From: an uncultured delta proteobacterium
GTDB lineage: Bacteria; Desulfobacterota; RBG-13-43-22
Length of the DNA stretch: 64,000 nucleotides
Reading direction: 5' to 3'
Assembly (NCBI GenBank): GCA_963843145.1
Contig: CAWJJC010000022.1
Location: 128,001 to 192,000, forward strand
Shown here: positions 18,348-31,057 of the stretch, in pieces
Position numbering within the stretch: position 1 is the stretch's first letter
Layout: each line of letters opens with the position of its first letter
Notes under the pieces: generated by a model
Told to the model about the DNA's origin: nothing
Databases searched by the model: none
Seen by the model: only the letters and a program-made list of their open reading frames with translations
Program-made: the position numbers and the translations under genes

Positions 18348-21300
18348 CCCTGATCCCTCAAGACCCCAAAACCCCCGGTTTTGATCTCTTGAATAGTCCC
18401 CTGGAGGGAACCAACCTGATTGAAGCCGGGGCCGGCACGGGAAAGACCTATACCCTCACCGGCCTATTTCTGCGACTGATCCTGGAGAGGCGGCTACCGG
18501 TAAACGAGATCCTGGTGGTGACTTATACCGTAGCCGCCACCGAGGAATTGCGCGATCGGATCCGCCGCAAAATCCGGGAAGCCCTGGAGGCTTGTTCCGG
18601 CGGAACCAGCCCGGATTCGTTTTTGCAGAGTTTGCTCCTTAAAGTCCCGGACCGGGAAGAGGCGGCCGTCCTCCTGCACGCCGCCCTCCTGGATTTCGAT
18701 GAGGCGGCCATTTTCACCATTCATGGCTTTTGCCAGCGGACGCTGCAGGAGAGCGCGTTTGAAAGCGGCAGCCTGTTTGATACGGAATTGGAACCCGAAG
18801 AGGAAACCGAGCTGATAGCGGAAATCGTCCAGGATTTCTGGCGCCGGCATTTTTATGACGCTCCCCGGGAGTGGGTCCAGTACGCCCTGAGCCTGAACCT
18901 CGGTCCGGTTACCTTCCTGGAGCTTTTGAAAAAAGGGCGGTCTCAGCCCGACTTGAAAATTATTCCCCGGACCGATCCGGTGGTTTTCACAACCCTGGAG
19001 CCTTTTCGCCGGGCCTATGTCGAATTGCGGAATGCTTGGCCGAAGGCTCGGGACGAGGTGGAACAGGCCTTCAGCGATCCGGCTTTGACCGCCGACTACA
19101 CGGAGCAGGTAGCTGCCAGACTGAGTCTGATGGATGCCTTTTTAGAGGAAAACAGCCCGGTCTTTCCCCTGCCGGAAAAATTCGAAAAATTCACTTCCAG
19201 GGGTTTGGAGAAGAAAACCAGGAAAAAGTTGAAAACCCCTCGGCATCCCTATTTTTTGTTGGGCGATGCCCTAAAACTGGCGGCCGAGGCGCTTCGCCTG
19301 GAAATGGACCGCCACTTGCTGTATCTAAAAGGGGCGGTTTTTCAGTTCCTGGGGCAGGAACTGCCGATTCGGAAGCAGCGGCGCAACATCCAATCTTTTG
19401 ATGATCTCCTGATCCGCCTGCGCCGATCTCTGGAAAAGCCTGGGGGGGACGAACTGTCCCGAGAGGTCAGGAAACGATATCGGGCCGCCCTCATTGATGA
19501 GTTCCAGGACACGGATCCCGTCCAGTACGCCATCTTCAGGAATATTTTCGGACAAGGGGGCTCCATATTATTTATAATCGGCGACCCCAAGCAGGCCATT
19601 TACAGCTTCCGGGGTGCCGACCTGTTTGCCTACCTAAAGGCTGCCGGTCGGGTGGATCGTCGCTACACCCTGGACCGGAACTGGCGATCCGAACCGGGAT
19701 TGATTGCCGCGGTCAATACGGTCTTCGGCTGCCGGGAAAACGCCTTTCTCTACCGGGAGATCCCCTTTGAACCCGCGGTAGCGGAGGAAGGGGGAGCGCA
19801 GTCCTTTTTAACCATCCGGGGGAAAAGGGAACCGCCGCTGCACTTCTGGCAGGTTAATTCGGGCGATGGAGGCCTCATCAATAAAGGGGAAGCCGAAGCC
19901 CTGATTCCCGGGGCGGTGGCCGGCGAAATCTCCCGCCTCCTGAGGCTCGGGAAAAAGGACGAAGCTCTCCTGGACAGCCGGCGGCTGCGCGAGGGAGATC
20001 TGGCGGTACTGGTGCGCACCAACCGGCAGGCCCGGATGATGCAGACGGCCCTGGGCCGATTGAAAATCGCCAGTGTCCTTCATACTACCGGAAATTTGTT
20101 TGACAGCTACGAGGCCCAGGAGGTGCAGCGGGTACTGGACGGGATGGTTCATCCCCTTCGGGAGGGTCGGATCAGGGCGGCGCTGGCCACCAACCTGCTG
20201 GGAGTGACCGGGGAAACCCTGGAAAGGCTGACCCGCGATGAAGCCGGGTGGGAGGAGTGGCTTTCCCGATTCAGGGAATATTACGAAATAGGGGAAAAGA
20301 AGGGGTTTATCCGGATGTTTCGGTATTTTCTGCTTCGGGAAAAGGTCCGTTCTCGCTCTGCTTGGCCTGCCTAACGGGGAGAGACGGCTGACGAATGTGC
20401 TCCACCTTTCCGAGGTGCTTCACCAGTGGGCGGTTGAAGAAAAACTGGGCCTGACCGGACTCTTAAAATGGCTGGCCCGGCAATGCGACCCCGGTTCCCC
20501 GCGACTGGAGGAACATCAGCTTCGGCTGGAAAGCGATGCCGAGGCCGTAAAAATAGTTACCATCCACAGGAGCAAGGGGCTGGAGTACCCCATCGTTTTT
20601 TGCCCCTTTAACTGGGATCCGTCGAAGATTAAGAAAGGGGCTTTTAGTTTCCACGACCGCGAGGAAGACTGGAGGCTCAATCTGGTGCTGGACCCGAAGG
20701 CGGGGGGGGATCGCGATTTGGCTGAATTGGCCGCAGAGGAGGAACTGGCAGAAAATCTGAGGCTGCTCTATGTGTCGCTGACCCGTGCCAAAAACCGCTG
20801 TTACCTCATCTGGGGAAGGTTTCGGGACGCGGAGACCTCCTCCCTGGCCTACCTGCTGGCTCCTCCCGGGGACACTGACGAAAATATTGTCCAAAAAGTG
20901 GGAACCCATTTTCAGGCCAAGACCGATGTCAGGCTCCGGCAGGACTTGGACGAACTGGCCCGAAAATCCGAGGGAATGATCCGAGTAACCGATCTGCCGA
21001 GAGCCCCGGGTGAGGAAGTTAGCCCGGATGAAATAGACTTGGATGAATTGAGCGGGAGGGTTTTCCGGGGGACTGTTTCCCGGGACTGGCAGATCGCCAG
21101 TTTTTCCCGACTGACCGTCGGGGTTAAAGAAACCTTTGATTCCCCGCAATCGGAAGACGCCTCCGCTGACCTGCCGGACCACGACCAGGCCCAGGACGCC
21201 GAAGAACCATTTTTGGATCCGGAGCCTTTTTCTATTTTTGCCTTTCCCCGGGGGGCCAAAGCGGGGACTCTGCTGCATGATCTCTTGGAAAACCTGGATT

Positions 21301-21983
21301 TCAGCGAAACAGACCCTCTGGTCATAATCAAATTGGTGGCGGACAAACTGGCAGAATACGGGTTTGATCCGAAGTGGCAGGATACGGTCGTCGGCTTAAT
21401 CGGCCGGGTGCTGAAGGCGCCGCTCCCCTCCCCTTTCGGTAGCTTCAGCCTGGCGCAGATTTCCCGGGCCGAGCGTCTCAGTGAGCTCGAATTTAATTTT
21501 CCCCTTCAGCGGGTAACTCCCCAGGGGCTGGCAAAAATTTTTGCCGATCACGGGGGGATAGGGCCATCGACCGGATTTTCCGCCCGGCTTGAAAACCTGG
21601 ATTTTCAACCGGCCCGAGGGTTCATGAAGGGTTTCATCGACCTGGTTTTTCAATTCCAGGGGCGCTATTACCTGGTGGACTGGAAATCAAACTTTCTGGG
21701 GGCGAGAGTGAAAGACTACCACCGGGAGAACCTGGTTCGGACCATGGAAGACCATTTTTACCGCCTGCAGTTGAATCTCTACGTGCTGGCCCTGCACCGG
21801 TATTTAAAATACCGGCTCCCCGGGTATCGCTACACGGAACATTTCGGCGGTGCCTTTTATCTTTTTCTGCGGGGCATAAACCCGGGGGAAGAAAAGGGGT
21901 TCGGGATCTACTCTGAAACGCCGCCTGAGGGACTGATTGAGGGCCTGAGCCAAAGCCTGATCGGAGCGGAGGCCGTTTCATGA
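18329..21983 (+). CDS. recB: Exodeoxyribonuclease V beta subunit, split by a +1 frameshift near 20357
   Basis: LIEAGAGTGKT, IDEFQDTD, IGDPKQAIYSFRGAD; second part TIHRSKGLEY, LLYVSLTRAK, GFIDLVF...DWKSN nuclease. Removing one T restores RSRLLGLPNGERRLTNVLHL. Confidence 0.93.
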
Positions 21984-23823
21984 AGCCCTCCTGGACGGCC
22001 GCTTTTTTGGGGAAAAAAATCCTTTCGCCGCTGGATGTCCATTTTGCCGGAGCTGATGACTCGACTTTCCGGAACCAATAGCGAGCCCCTCTTCCTGGCC
22101 GCCGCCCTGGTCAGCCATTACCAGGGGCTGGGGCATGTCTGCTTCGATCTCTCCGGTCTGGCCGGGAAGCCGCTAGCTGGAAGGCGAACCGGATTCTCCG
22201 GTCTGTCCACCAATGGAGCGCTGGGTTCAAGGGCTGAAAAAGGAAGGGGTAGTGGGGAGGCCGGGGGAGTATAAACCTCTGATCCTGAATGGACCGCGCC
22301 TTTATTTATTCCGCTACTGGGAGTATGAAAAAAAACTGATCGATTTCCTGAAGGAACGAACTGCTGAAGAGGCTTTCCCGGCAAATGCGGCTTCCCTCCG
22401 GGCCGGCCTGGCCCGACTTTTTCCAGCCGCAGATCCCGGAGAGACGGATTGGCAAAAGGTGGCCGCCCTGGCTTCGGCCTGGAAAAGGTTCTGCGTAATC
22501 TCCGGCGGCCCGGGGACCGGGAAGACCTTTACCGTGGCCAAGATTTTGGCGCTTCTCCTGGAGCAAAATAGTCCCGGGACGCTGCGGATAGCCCTGGCGG
22601 CCCCCACCGGAAAGGCCGCCGCCCGGGTGCAGGAAGCCCTAAAAAAGGCCCGGGAGCGATTGGAGTGCACGGATGCGGTTAAAGCCGCCCTGCCCCTAGA
22701 GGCCTATACCCTTCACCGCCTGTTGAAGCCTATCCCGGCGACTCCCTATTTCCGCTACGATTCGAAAAACCCCCTGCCCTTTGAGGTAGTGGTCATCGAC
22801 GAGGCCTCGATGGTGGACCTGGCCCTGCTGTCCAAGCTGGTCCAGGCCCTTCCCCCGCTATCCAAATTGATCCTGCTGGGGGATAAGGATCAATTGGCCT
22901 CGGTCGAGGCCGGGGCCGTATTGGGAGATATTTGCGGCGTAGAGAAACATTATGGGTTTTCGAGAGATTTCCGAGATGCCTGTCAAAGAATTGCCGGGGA
23001 GAGGCTGGAGGTCGGAGCAGAGGAGGACCGCGGAACCGGGATGAGGGACGTTATCATTCCGCTCAAGAAAAGTTATCGCTTCGGGTCATCAAGCGGGATT
23101 AGGGCCGTGAGTCGGGCTGTAAATGAAGGAGACGGCGCCGGCGCCTATGACCTGCTGAGAGCCACCAACGCCGCGGATATCCGCTGGGGGGACCTTCCCA
23201 GCCCCGAAGCCCTGGGGGCGAGGCTGAAAGATCTGGCGGTAAGGGACCTTTCCGGGTATTTTCAGCCGAACCGGGCCGAGAATATTTTCGATTTGTTCAG
23301 CAGATTCCGGATCCTCTGCGCCCTGCGGGAAGGCCCTTATGGGGTCCAGGCGCTGAACCGGCTGATGGAGCAGCTTTTGCGGCAGGAAGGCCTGATTCGC
23401 CAGATAGGCCGCTGGTATCCCGGCCGGCCGGTCATGGTCACTAAAAATGACTACCAGTTAAGGCTTTTCAACGGGGATATGGGGATTACCTTGCCGGACC
23501 CTGACGGAAATCATGAGCTCAGAGTCTTTTTTCCCTCCCCGGAAGGCGGAGTTCGAAAATTTCCCCCCCGCCGGCTCCCGGAGCATGAGACCGTTTATGC
23601 CATGACGGTGCACAAAAGCCAGGGGTCGGAATTCGACCGGGTCCTCCTGATTCTGCCGGACCGAGATGCCCCGGTGTTGACCCGGGAATTGATTTACACC
23701 GGGATCACCCGGGCCCGGGAGCAGATGGAAATCTGGGGGAAGAAAACGACTTTTTTGCGGGCGGTATCCCGCCGCATCCAGCGCTCCTCCGGACTCCGCG
23801 AAGCCCTCTGGGGGGAAGATTGA
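21980..23823 (+). CDS. recD: Exodeoxyribonuclease V alpha subunit, two frameshifts in the 5' part (about 22050 and about 22190)
   Basis: ATG 21980 overlaps the recB stop and reads LSPLDVHFA; next frame GHVCFDL; then ISGGPGTGKT, APTGKAAAR, DEASMVD, AMTVHKSQGSEF, YTGITRA. Confidence 0.92.
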
Positions 23824-23860
23824 GTCAATGGATGACTTTCAAAGGAAAACTTCCGCTTTT

Positions 23861-25327
23861 TTACCGTTTCCGGCCGCTGCCGAAGAGGGACCCCAGAACC
23901 CCCCGGATGATTTGCCGACCGATCTGGCTGCCGATGGCGTGGGCTGCGCTCTGGGCCATGGCCCCCAGCATTTTTGAAACCTGAGAGGATTCTCCCTGGG
24001 GACGAACTTTGGCCGCGGCCGCCTCCTGTTCCTCGTTTTGTCGCTTTACTGCCCGCTCCTTCAATTTTTCATAAGCCGATTCTCGGTCCACTTCCCGGTC
24101 ATACTGCCCGTAGAGCACGGACCCACGGATGATTTGGGACCGCTCCTCCGGGGTCAAAGGGGTTAACCGGCTTCGGGGGGGAAGAACCAGTGCCCTTTCC
24201 ACCGGCGTAGGAGCACCCTTCCGGTCCAGGACCGAAATCAGGGCCTCGCCCACTTTGAGTTCGGTGATGGACTGAAAGACGTCAAGGGGTGGATTGACCC
24301 GGAAAGTCTCGGCGGCCGCCTTGACGGTCTTCTGGTCCTTGGGGGTAAAGGCCCGGAGGGCATGCTGCACCCGATGGCCCAACTGACCCAGCACCGCTTC
24401 GGGGATATCCAGGGGGTTCTGGGTCACAAAGTAAATACCCACTCCCTTGGACCGGATCAGACGCACCACCTGTTCGATTTTGTCCTGGAGGGCTTTGGGT
24501 ATATCTTCAAAAAGCAGGTGGGCCTCGTCAAAAAAGAAAACCAGTCGGGGTTTCTCGGGATCGCCCACCTCTGGAAGCTGTTCAAAAAGTTCGGACAACA
24601 GCCAGAGCAACAGCGTGGCATACACCTTGGGGGAGCGCATCAACCGGTCGGCGCTCAAGACATTGATGACCCCTTTACCGGAACCCTCCGTTTGGATAAA
24701 GTCCTGGATGTTCAGGGTCGGCTCGCCGAAAAATCGGGCGCCGCCTTCCTGCTCCAGGGTCAGCAGGCCCCGCTGAATGGCCCCGACACTAGCCTTGGAG
24801 ATATTCCCGTATTGCGTCGTGAACTGTTCCGCCTGGTCCCCTGCGAATTGAATCATGGCCTGCAGGTCCTTTAGATCCAGGAGCAGCAGGCCGTCGTCAT
24901 CGGCGATTTTAAAGGTTATATTCAGAACGCCGCTCTGGGTTTCGTTCAGGTTCAGGATCCGGCTGAGCAGTAACGGTCCCATCTCCGAAATCGTGGTCCG
25001 GAGAGGATGGCCTTGTTCCCCGAAGACATCCCAGAAAACTACCGGGTTCCCTTCAAAGGCAAAGCCTTCGAGGCCCAACTGCTGGACCCGCTCGGCCACC
25101 TTGGGGTTTTCTCCGCCGGGCAATGGCAGTCCGGAGAGGTCGCCTTTGATATCGGCCAGAAACACGGGAACGCCGATTCGGCTGAAGGCCTCGGCCAGGA
25201 CCCGCAAAGTCACGGTCTTGCCGGTGCCCGTGGCTCCGGCGATGAGGCCGTGGCGATTAGCCATTCCGGCCAGGATGGCGATCTCCTCCCGCGCCTGGGC
25301 TACGGGCAGGGATAATGGTTCAGTCAT
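23861..25327 (-). CDS. HerA-like/YjgR (DUF853) P-loop ATPase
   Basis: [46 protein letters not shown]; start ATG 25327 after AAGGAG. Confidence 0.9.
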   Translation of the reverse strand: MTEPLSLPVAQAREEIAILAGMANRHGLIAGATGTGKTVTLRVLAEAFSRIGVPVFLADIKGDLSGLPLPGGENPKVAERVQQLGLEGFAFEGNPVVFWDVFGEQGHPLRTTISEMGPLLLSRILNLNETQSGVLNITFKIADDDGLLLLDLKDLQAMIQFAGDQAEQFTTQYGNISKASVGAIQRGLLTLEQEGGARFFGEPTLNIQDFIQTEGSGKGVINVLSADRLMRSPKVYATLLLWLLSELFEQLPEVGDPEKPRLVFFFDEAHLLFEDIPKALQDKIEQVVRLIRSKGVGIYFVTQNPLDIPEAVLGQLGHRVQHALRAFTPKDQKTVKAAAETFRVNPPLDVFQSITELKVGEALISVLDRKGAPTPVERALVLPPRSRLTPLTPEERSQIIRGSVLYGQYDREVDRESAYEKLKERAVKRQNEEQEAAAAKVRPQGESSQVSKMLGAMAQSAAHAIGSQIGRQIIRGVLGSLFGSGRKR

Positions 25328-25624
25328 CTCAGGTCTCCTTCTGCTATCCGGGATGAGTTCACTATAGGAAGTTGTCGGCTCTCTTGTCAACCCTCCTGAC
25401 CGGGGGATCGACAGCGCGGGACCGATAGCCGACTCGGACAAGAAACAACATTTATTCCGGCCCGGGAAAGGTGTGATCGGCGTATTTCATTTTCTCCTTG
25501 CTCATCGGTCCTTTTTCATTTTATATTTTAGGGTAATTCAATCAGCCCATTAAACAGGACGGGACCGGGGAATATGGACCGGGAGGGTTAATTAATCACT
25601 AAACACGGTATCAGGGAGAAAAAA

Positions 25625-28425
25625 ATGGCGAAATCTTCGGCCCGGAGTAAGAATGAAAGAAAGGATGAAAAACAGTGGGTATATTTGTTTGATAACCTGG
25701 AGGCGGTGGAGGCCCATCTGCAGCCCAAGAGCTGGGACGAGGTGAAGGGTCTGTTGGGCGGAAAGGGAGCCAACCTGTTTGAGATGACCCGCCTGGGCCT
25801 TCCGGTTCCGCCCGGATTTACCGTCACCACCAAGGCCTGCAACGCCTATCTGGACCACGAGCGGAAGTTCCCTCCCGGCCTCTGGGAACAGGAGATGGCC
25901 GCTCTGCGCCATCTGGAGGAAAAAACCGGTAAACGCTTTGGGGATCCAACCCGCCCGCTTTTTGTTTCCTGCCGCTCCGGCGCCAAGTTTTCCATGCCCG
26001 GCATGATGGACACAGTGCTCAATATCGGTCTCAACGATGAAACCGCCCAAGGTCTGGTGGCGTTGACCAATGACCCGCGCTTTGTGTTTGACTCCTACCG
26101 ACGGCTGGTCCAGATGTTCGGGGTCGTGGTCCTGGGCGTTCCGGATGAACCGTTTGAAGTTTTTATTGAAAAAATGAAAAAGAGCCGGGGAGTACGTTTG
26201 GATGTGGAGTTGGAGGCCGAAGACTGGCTGCGCATTACCGCGCACTTTAAAGGGCAGATCATGTCCTATACCGGCCGGGAATTCCCCCAGGACCCCAGCG
26301 AGCAATTGGAAATGGCCACCCGCGCCGTATTCAACAGTTGGTTCGGCAAGCGGGCTGTGGATTACCGCAACGCCACCGGTATCCGCCACGACCTGGGCAC
26401 CGCCGTCAATATTCAGGCGGTAGTCTTTGGCAACATGGGCGAGAGCAGCGGGACGGGCGTGGCCTTCACCCGGAATCCGGTTAACGGGAACAAGGAACTC
26501 TATGGCGATTATTTGCTCAACGCCCAGGGCGAAGATGTGGTGGCCGGCATCCGCAACACCTCGCCCATACAAAACCTCCAGCGTGACCTGCCGGAGGTTT
26601 TCGCTGAGTTCGCCGCTATTTGTGAAAAGCTGGAAAGCCATTTCCATGAAATGCAGGACGTGGAGTTCACGATTGAAAACCGCAAACTCTGGATGCTGCA
26701 GACCCGGGACGGCAAACGCACCGCCCGGGCGGCCATCAAAATTGCCGTGGATATGGTCGAGGAAGGCCTGATCGACAAGAAAAAAGCGATCCTGCGCGTC
26801 AATCCCGAACAGGTGGACATGCTGCTCCACCCGCAGTTCAGCGCCGTCGCCAAGGAGCAGGCCCGGGTCGAGGGAAAGCGGCTGGTCCAAAAGGCCGTCA
26901 ATGCCAGCCCCGGCGCTGCCGTGGGCCAGGCTGTCTTTGATGCCGATACGGCGGAAAAATGGGGTAAGGAAGGCAAGGCGGTGATCATGGTCCGGCCGGA
27001 AACCAAGCCGGACGATGTCCACGGCATGATCGCTTCCAAAGGCATTCTTACCAGCCACGGCGGGGCGACCAGTCACGCCGCCGTGGTGGCTCGTCAATTC
27101 GGGACCCCGGCGGTCTGCGGGGCCGATGTGTTGACACATCGATGTGGAGCACCGGTTATTCACGGTCAAGAAGGAATCCATCATCGAGGTGCGGGAGGGG
27201 GACTGGATCAGCATCGACGGGGGGACCGGCGAGGTCTTCCTGGGCCAATTGGAAACCCAGGACCCGGATTTCGAACGCGAAACCGACCTGAACTTGCTGC
27301 TGACCTGGGCCGATGAGGTGCGCCGCCTGGGTGTCTGGGCCAACGCCGATTATCCCAAGGACGCCGAACGGGCCCGCCGCTATGGCGCCGAGGGCATTGG
27401 CCTCTGCCGGACCGAGCATATGTTCTTCGAGGAAGACCGACTGCCTATCGTCCAGGAGATGATCATGGCCACCAGCCGGGGGCGTCGGGTCCCCGCCCTG
27501 GCCAGACTGCTGCCCATGCAACGAAGCGATTTCGAAGGACTTTTCAAAGCCATGGACGGCCATCCGGTGATCATCCGGCTGCTCGACCCGCCCCTGCACG
27601 AGTTTCTGCCTGCCTACGACACCCTGGTGCAGGATCTGGCCGATCTAAAGGTCCGCATCCAGCACTATCATACCCTGAGCGAGATCGACCAGGCCTTGGC
27701 TGAGCTGCGCCAGAAGGAAGACATCCTCAACCGGGTCGAGGCCCTGAAGGAATCCAATCCCATGCTCGGCCTGCGCGGCGACCGCTTGAGCGTGGTCATG
27801 CCGGAGATCTCCGAAATGCAGATCCGGGCCATCCTGGAAGCGGCCGTCTGGGTCAAACGCGACGGCGTGGATGTCCATCCGGAAATCATGATCCCCCTGG
27901 CCAGTCACGTCAATGAATTGAAATTTATCAGGAAAATCGTGGATGCCACCGCCAAGGCCGTCTTTGAAGAAACGGGCCTGACGCGTCGATTTCAGATACG
28001 GCACCATGATCGAGGTGCCGCGCGCCGCCCTGACGGCCGACGAAATGGCCGGGGAAGCGGAATTCTTCAGTTTCGGGACCAACGACCTGACCCAGACCAC
28101 CTTCGGCATCAGCCGGGACGACGCCGAGGCCAAATTCCTGATCAAATATGTGGAGGATGGAATCCTGCCCCAGAACCCCTTTCAGCAATTGGACATCCAG
28201 GGCGTCGGCAAGCTGATCGAGATGGCGGTGGCCGGTGGACGACGGGTGCGGCCGGACCTGCAGGTGGGCATCTGCGGTGAACACGGCGGCGATCCCCAAA
28301 GCATCGCCTTCTGCCACCGGATGGGACTGAACTATGTGAGCTGCAGTCCCTTCCGGGTACCCATCGCCCGTCTGGCGGCGGCCCACGCGGCCCTCAAAGA
28401 AGAGTACCTAAAGGATAGCCATTGA
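25625..28425 (+). CDS. ppdK: Pyruvate, phosphate dikinase, broken by two +1 frameshifts (about 27135 and about 27985)
   Basis: [42 protein letters not shown] (catalytic His), [42 protein letters not shown] across three frames. Confidence 0.93.
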
Positions 28426-28440
28426 AAAGAGCCTACATCG

Positions 28441-28851
28441 ATGGATAAGGACAACGACACCCACCTGAAGTCCGTCGGCTACATCCTCTGGCTCTTTGGC
28501 TTTACCGGCTCGCATCGTTTTTATTTCGGCAAGCCGCTTTCGGGGACCGTCTATTTCTTTACCTTCGGACTGTTGGGAATCGGCTGGCTAATCGACCTGT
28601 TTTTGATCCCCTCCCTGGACCGAAAGGCGGATCGAAGGTTTAAGGCCGGCCCCATCGACTATACCGGGGCCTGGATAATGTTGACCTTCCTTGGCTTCTT
28701 GGGCATCCACCGGATGTATCTGGGTAAATGGGGCACCGGGATTATTTATCTCTTGACCGGTGGATTGCTTGGCCTGGGATATTTGTATGACCTCTGGACC
28801 TTGAACGACCAAGTCCACGAAATCAACAACGCTCAGGCGCAAACCTATTGA
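28441..28851 (+). CDS. TM2/NINE domain membrane protein (two TM2 repeats)
   Basis: GFTGSHRFYFGK and GFLGIHRMYLGK repeats. Confidence 0.88.
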   Translation: MDKDNDTHLKSVGYILWLFGFTGSHRFYFGKPLSGTVYFFTFGLLGIGWLIDLFLIPSLDRKADRRFKAGPIDYTGAWIMLTFLGFLGIHRMYLGKWGTGIIYLLTGGLLGLGYLYDLWTLNDQVHEINNAQAQTY

Positions 28852-28901
28852 TTTTGAAGTCACGCCTCGGCCTAATAGGCCTCGTTTTTTGCTTTAGGAA
28901 G

Positions 28902-29552
28902 TTAAAAAGCTCCCGGGGAAAAAGCTAGAAGGAATTGGCCGGCGTAATACAGGGGAAGCCCGATCAGGCGGTTGAAAAATGTCTTTCTAATGAATTGATC
29001 GCGGGCCACAAAAAGATCCGAGAGGTAAAACAGGATGGCCCCCCAGAAAAGCAAGGCCTTTCCCGTCCAGGGCAAGTCAGGCCTTTCGAAAACCGCCCAG
29101 GCCCCGAAGACCATCAGCGTAATGACCGCCACATAAGCCAGAACCGGAAGCTTCATGGCCCCCAGATGGGGCCAAAGCCAGCGGCAGATCCCCAGACTGA
29201 CAGCGAGAACAAGAACGTCCCCGGGAGAAAACCAGCCCTTGAAAGGGATCAGGAAAGTGAAGGCCAGGATATAGAGCACATGGCCGAGCAGGAAAGCCAC
29301 CAATCCTGCCCTAAACCACTTCAGCCCCGAAAAAGCTAAGCAAACATCCCCTACCAAGCAAAAGATTAACCCCAGAGTCAAATATCGGGTGAATGCTTCG
29401 TTGGCGCCCGGTTGAAGAAAAACCGTGATCACAAAAAGAAGGGACAGCAAAGACTTGGTCACGATTCGGCCAAAGGGTTGTCCCATTTTTTCATAATAAA
29501 GAAGGACGATCAGCAAAAGGACCCCTAAGCCCGGAATAAGAAAATGTCCCAT
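28902..29552 (-). CDS. YhhN-like / lysoplasmalogenase family membrane protein
   Basis: GDVCLA, AFLLGHVLY, LFYLSDLFVA, LYYAGQFLLA. Confidence 0.88.
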   Translation of the reverse strand: MGHFLIPGLGVLLLIVLLYYEKMGQPFGRIVTKSLLSLLFVITVFLQPGANEAFTRYLTLGLIFCLVGDVCLAFSGLKWFRAGLVAFLLGHVLYILAFTFLIPFKGWFSPGDVLVLAVSLGICRWLWPHLGAMKLPVLAYVAVITLMVFGAWAVFERPDLPWTGKALLFWGAILFYLSDLFVARDQFIRKTFFNRLIGLPLYYAGQFLLAFSPGAF

Positions 29553-29656
29553 ACTTTCCCTTCAATGGATGCTCGCCGGTATTGGATTCAAAGGCCTAAC
29601 CAAAAATAGTAGTCAGCGTTTTGAAACAACCAGGGCTTGGAGTCCGGCGGAGGGCA

Positions 29657-30549
29657 TTATGATTCCTCTTCCAGGTCCCTGACCACCTTCCGAACAATCT
29701 CGGGCAGGTCATTCAAGTCATGGGGCCGGATAAGGCGCCGAAAAGGGACTTCTTGGGCCAGTCGGGCGGAGTGCCGGAAGTGTAGCCGGTGGTTTTCCCC
29801 GGCTTTCAGGGAACGGAGGGTATAGGTATAACGAAGCAAGGCGATAACCGCTTCCGGCCGGCTAAGCGGTAGAAGTTCGATACCTCTGCCTTTTTCAAGC
29901 AGGTAGACGCGCTTCAGAGGAAAGGGCTCGAGTCGAAAAACCCTCAGGGACCCGAGGAGTAATCTTTTCTTCCAGGGGACTTCTTGGGGAAGATTTTTCC
30001 GAATCGAACCCCAAGGAGGCGGCCGTTTCCGGATAGCAGTTTTAAATGAGGAAAAGCCGGGCAGATCAGGGGGACGGCTTCATCGGTCCGGATAACCAGG
30101 ACGTCATCGGCAATGAGGGGATATTTGTCGCTAAAGGCCGCCGCCATGGTGGACTTGCCTTCACCGGAATGACCTAAAAAAGCCACCCCCTGGCCGTCAA
30201 TAGCCACGGCACTTCCGTGCAGAACGAGAAAACCTCGCAGAAAGGCCAGGGTCCCGAGCACATTGCCCAAGAGAAAAAGACGAAGCGAACCCTCGTCTAC
30301 CCCGGGGGCCGGATCAATAAGAATCTGGTTTCCGGCACGAATTAAAAAAGAGCCGATGCCGGCATAGGAAAAATAGGCTTCCCCATCTGTCACCCGTAGG
30401 GTTGTTTCCGAAAACCGGTCCAGGGTGCCGGCTTCATCCGGCCGAGGGAAAAGAATATCCACATCATATTTCCCCGCACTCCCCTCGATCAGTTCAGGAA
30501 GCTGAAGCTCAGAACGGATGGCCAAGCCAAAGGCCTGGTAGTAATACAA
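29657..30549 (-). CDS. HPr kinase-like (lasso-cluster type) kinase, frameshifted near 29950-30030
   Basis: YQAFGLAIRSELQLPEL N-terminus, LHGSAV, GHSGEGKST Walker A, LIADDV; continues in another frame as PLKRVYLL...LAQEVPFRRLIRPHDL to the stop at 29657. Confidence 0.82.
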
Positions 30550-30590
30550 ACTTATAACCTATTGTCCTCGGATTATCTCAAAGGTGCTGG

Positions 30591-30743
30591 TTAGACTGAC
30601 GTCGCTACCCGTCGCCCCAATTTTAAAACCTCCTTGTTAATCAGACTTTGCTCGGTGATCTTTTCCACGGATCCGTGAACGACCAATTCAGGCTTTTGGT
30701 AGGGTTTCTTTTCATTCTGGATTTGAAGGTTTTTTTCTTTCAT
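30591..30743 (-). CDS. Lasso-type RiPP precursor A2 (not in the ORF track)
   Basis: ATG with AAGGAG RBS: MKEKNLQIQNEKKPYQKPELVVHGSVEKITEQSLINKEVLKLGRRVATSV*; YxxPxL leader, G and T(-2). Confidence 0.8.
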   Translation of the reverse strand: MKEKNLQIQNEKKPYQKPELVVHGSVEKITEQSLINKEVLKLGRRVATSV

Positions 30744-30768
30744 TTTCTTTCTCCTTTGTTTTTCGAAA

Positions 30769-31057
30769 TCATCCCGGATTAGGTCCGGGATCCATGAAGT
30801 TTTCCTGTCGAAACCCCAAGGCTCTCACAGGATTAGGGAAAGCTCAGGGCTAAACGGTGATGGACGCAGTAACCGCGTTGGTTTTAAAACCTTCGCGGTT
30901 AATCAGACTTTGTTCGGTGATTTTTTCCACGGATCCGTGAACGACCAATTCGGGTTTTTGGTACGGCTTCTTTATCTTTTCGATCAAAATCTCTTTTTCC
31001 TTCAACTTTTGTCCCCCCTTATTTTTCGTCGTCATCCCGGACTTGCTTCGGGATCCA
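30769..31057. repeat. Two REP-like hairpins (30769-30794, 31032-31057), one upstream of each precursor gene
   Basis: TCATCCCGGATTAGGTCCGGGATCCA and TCATCCCGGACTTGCTTCGGGATCCA, 263 bp apart; the precursor starts are 262 bp apart. Confidence 0.7.
30850..31005 (-). CDS. Lasso-type RiPP precursor A1
   Basis: TTG with AAGGGGGG RBS: MKEKEILIEKIKKPYQKPELVVHGSVEKITEQSLINREGFKTNAVTASITV*. Confidence 0.82.
   Translation of the reverse strand: MKEKEILIEKIKKPYQKPELVVHGSVEKITEQSLINREGFKTNAVTASITV

Noticed and set aside
20340-20400. Programmed frameshifting or natural split in recB, and likewise ppdK and recD
   Set aside because: No slippery sequence or stimulatory structure seen; many similar indels nearby favour assembly error.
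25554-25590. GGACCGGG direct repeat between the YjgR-like gene and ppdK
   Set aside because: Two short copies only; cannot be distinguished from chance.
25592-27343. 583-aa antisense ORF over ppdK
   Set aside because: Antisense mirror of a strongly codon-biased gene; no recognisable domains.
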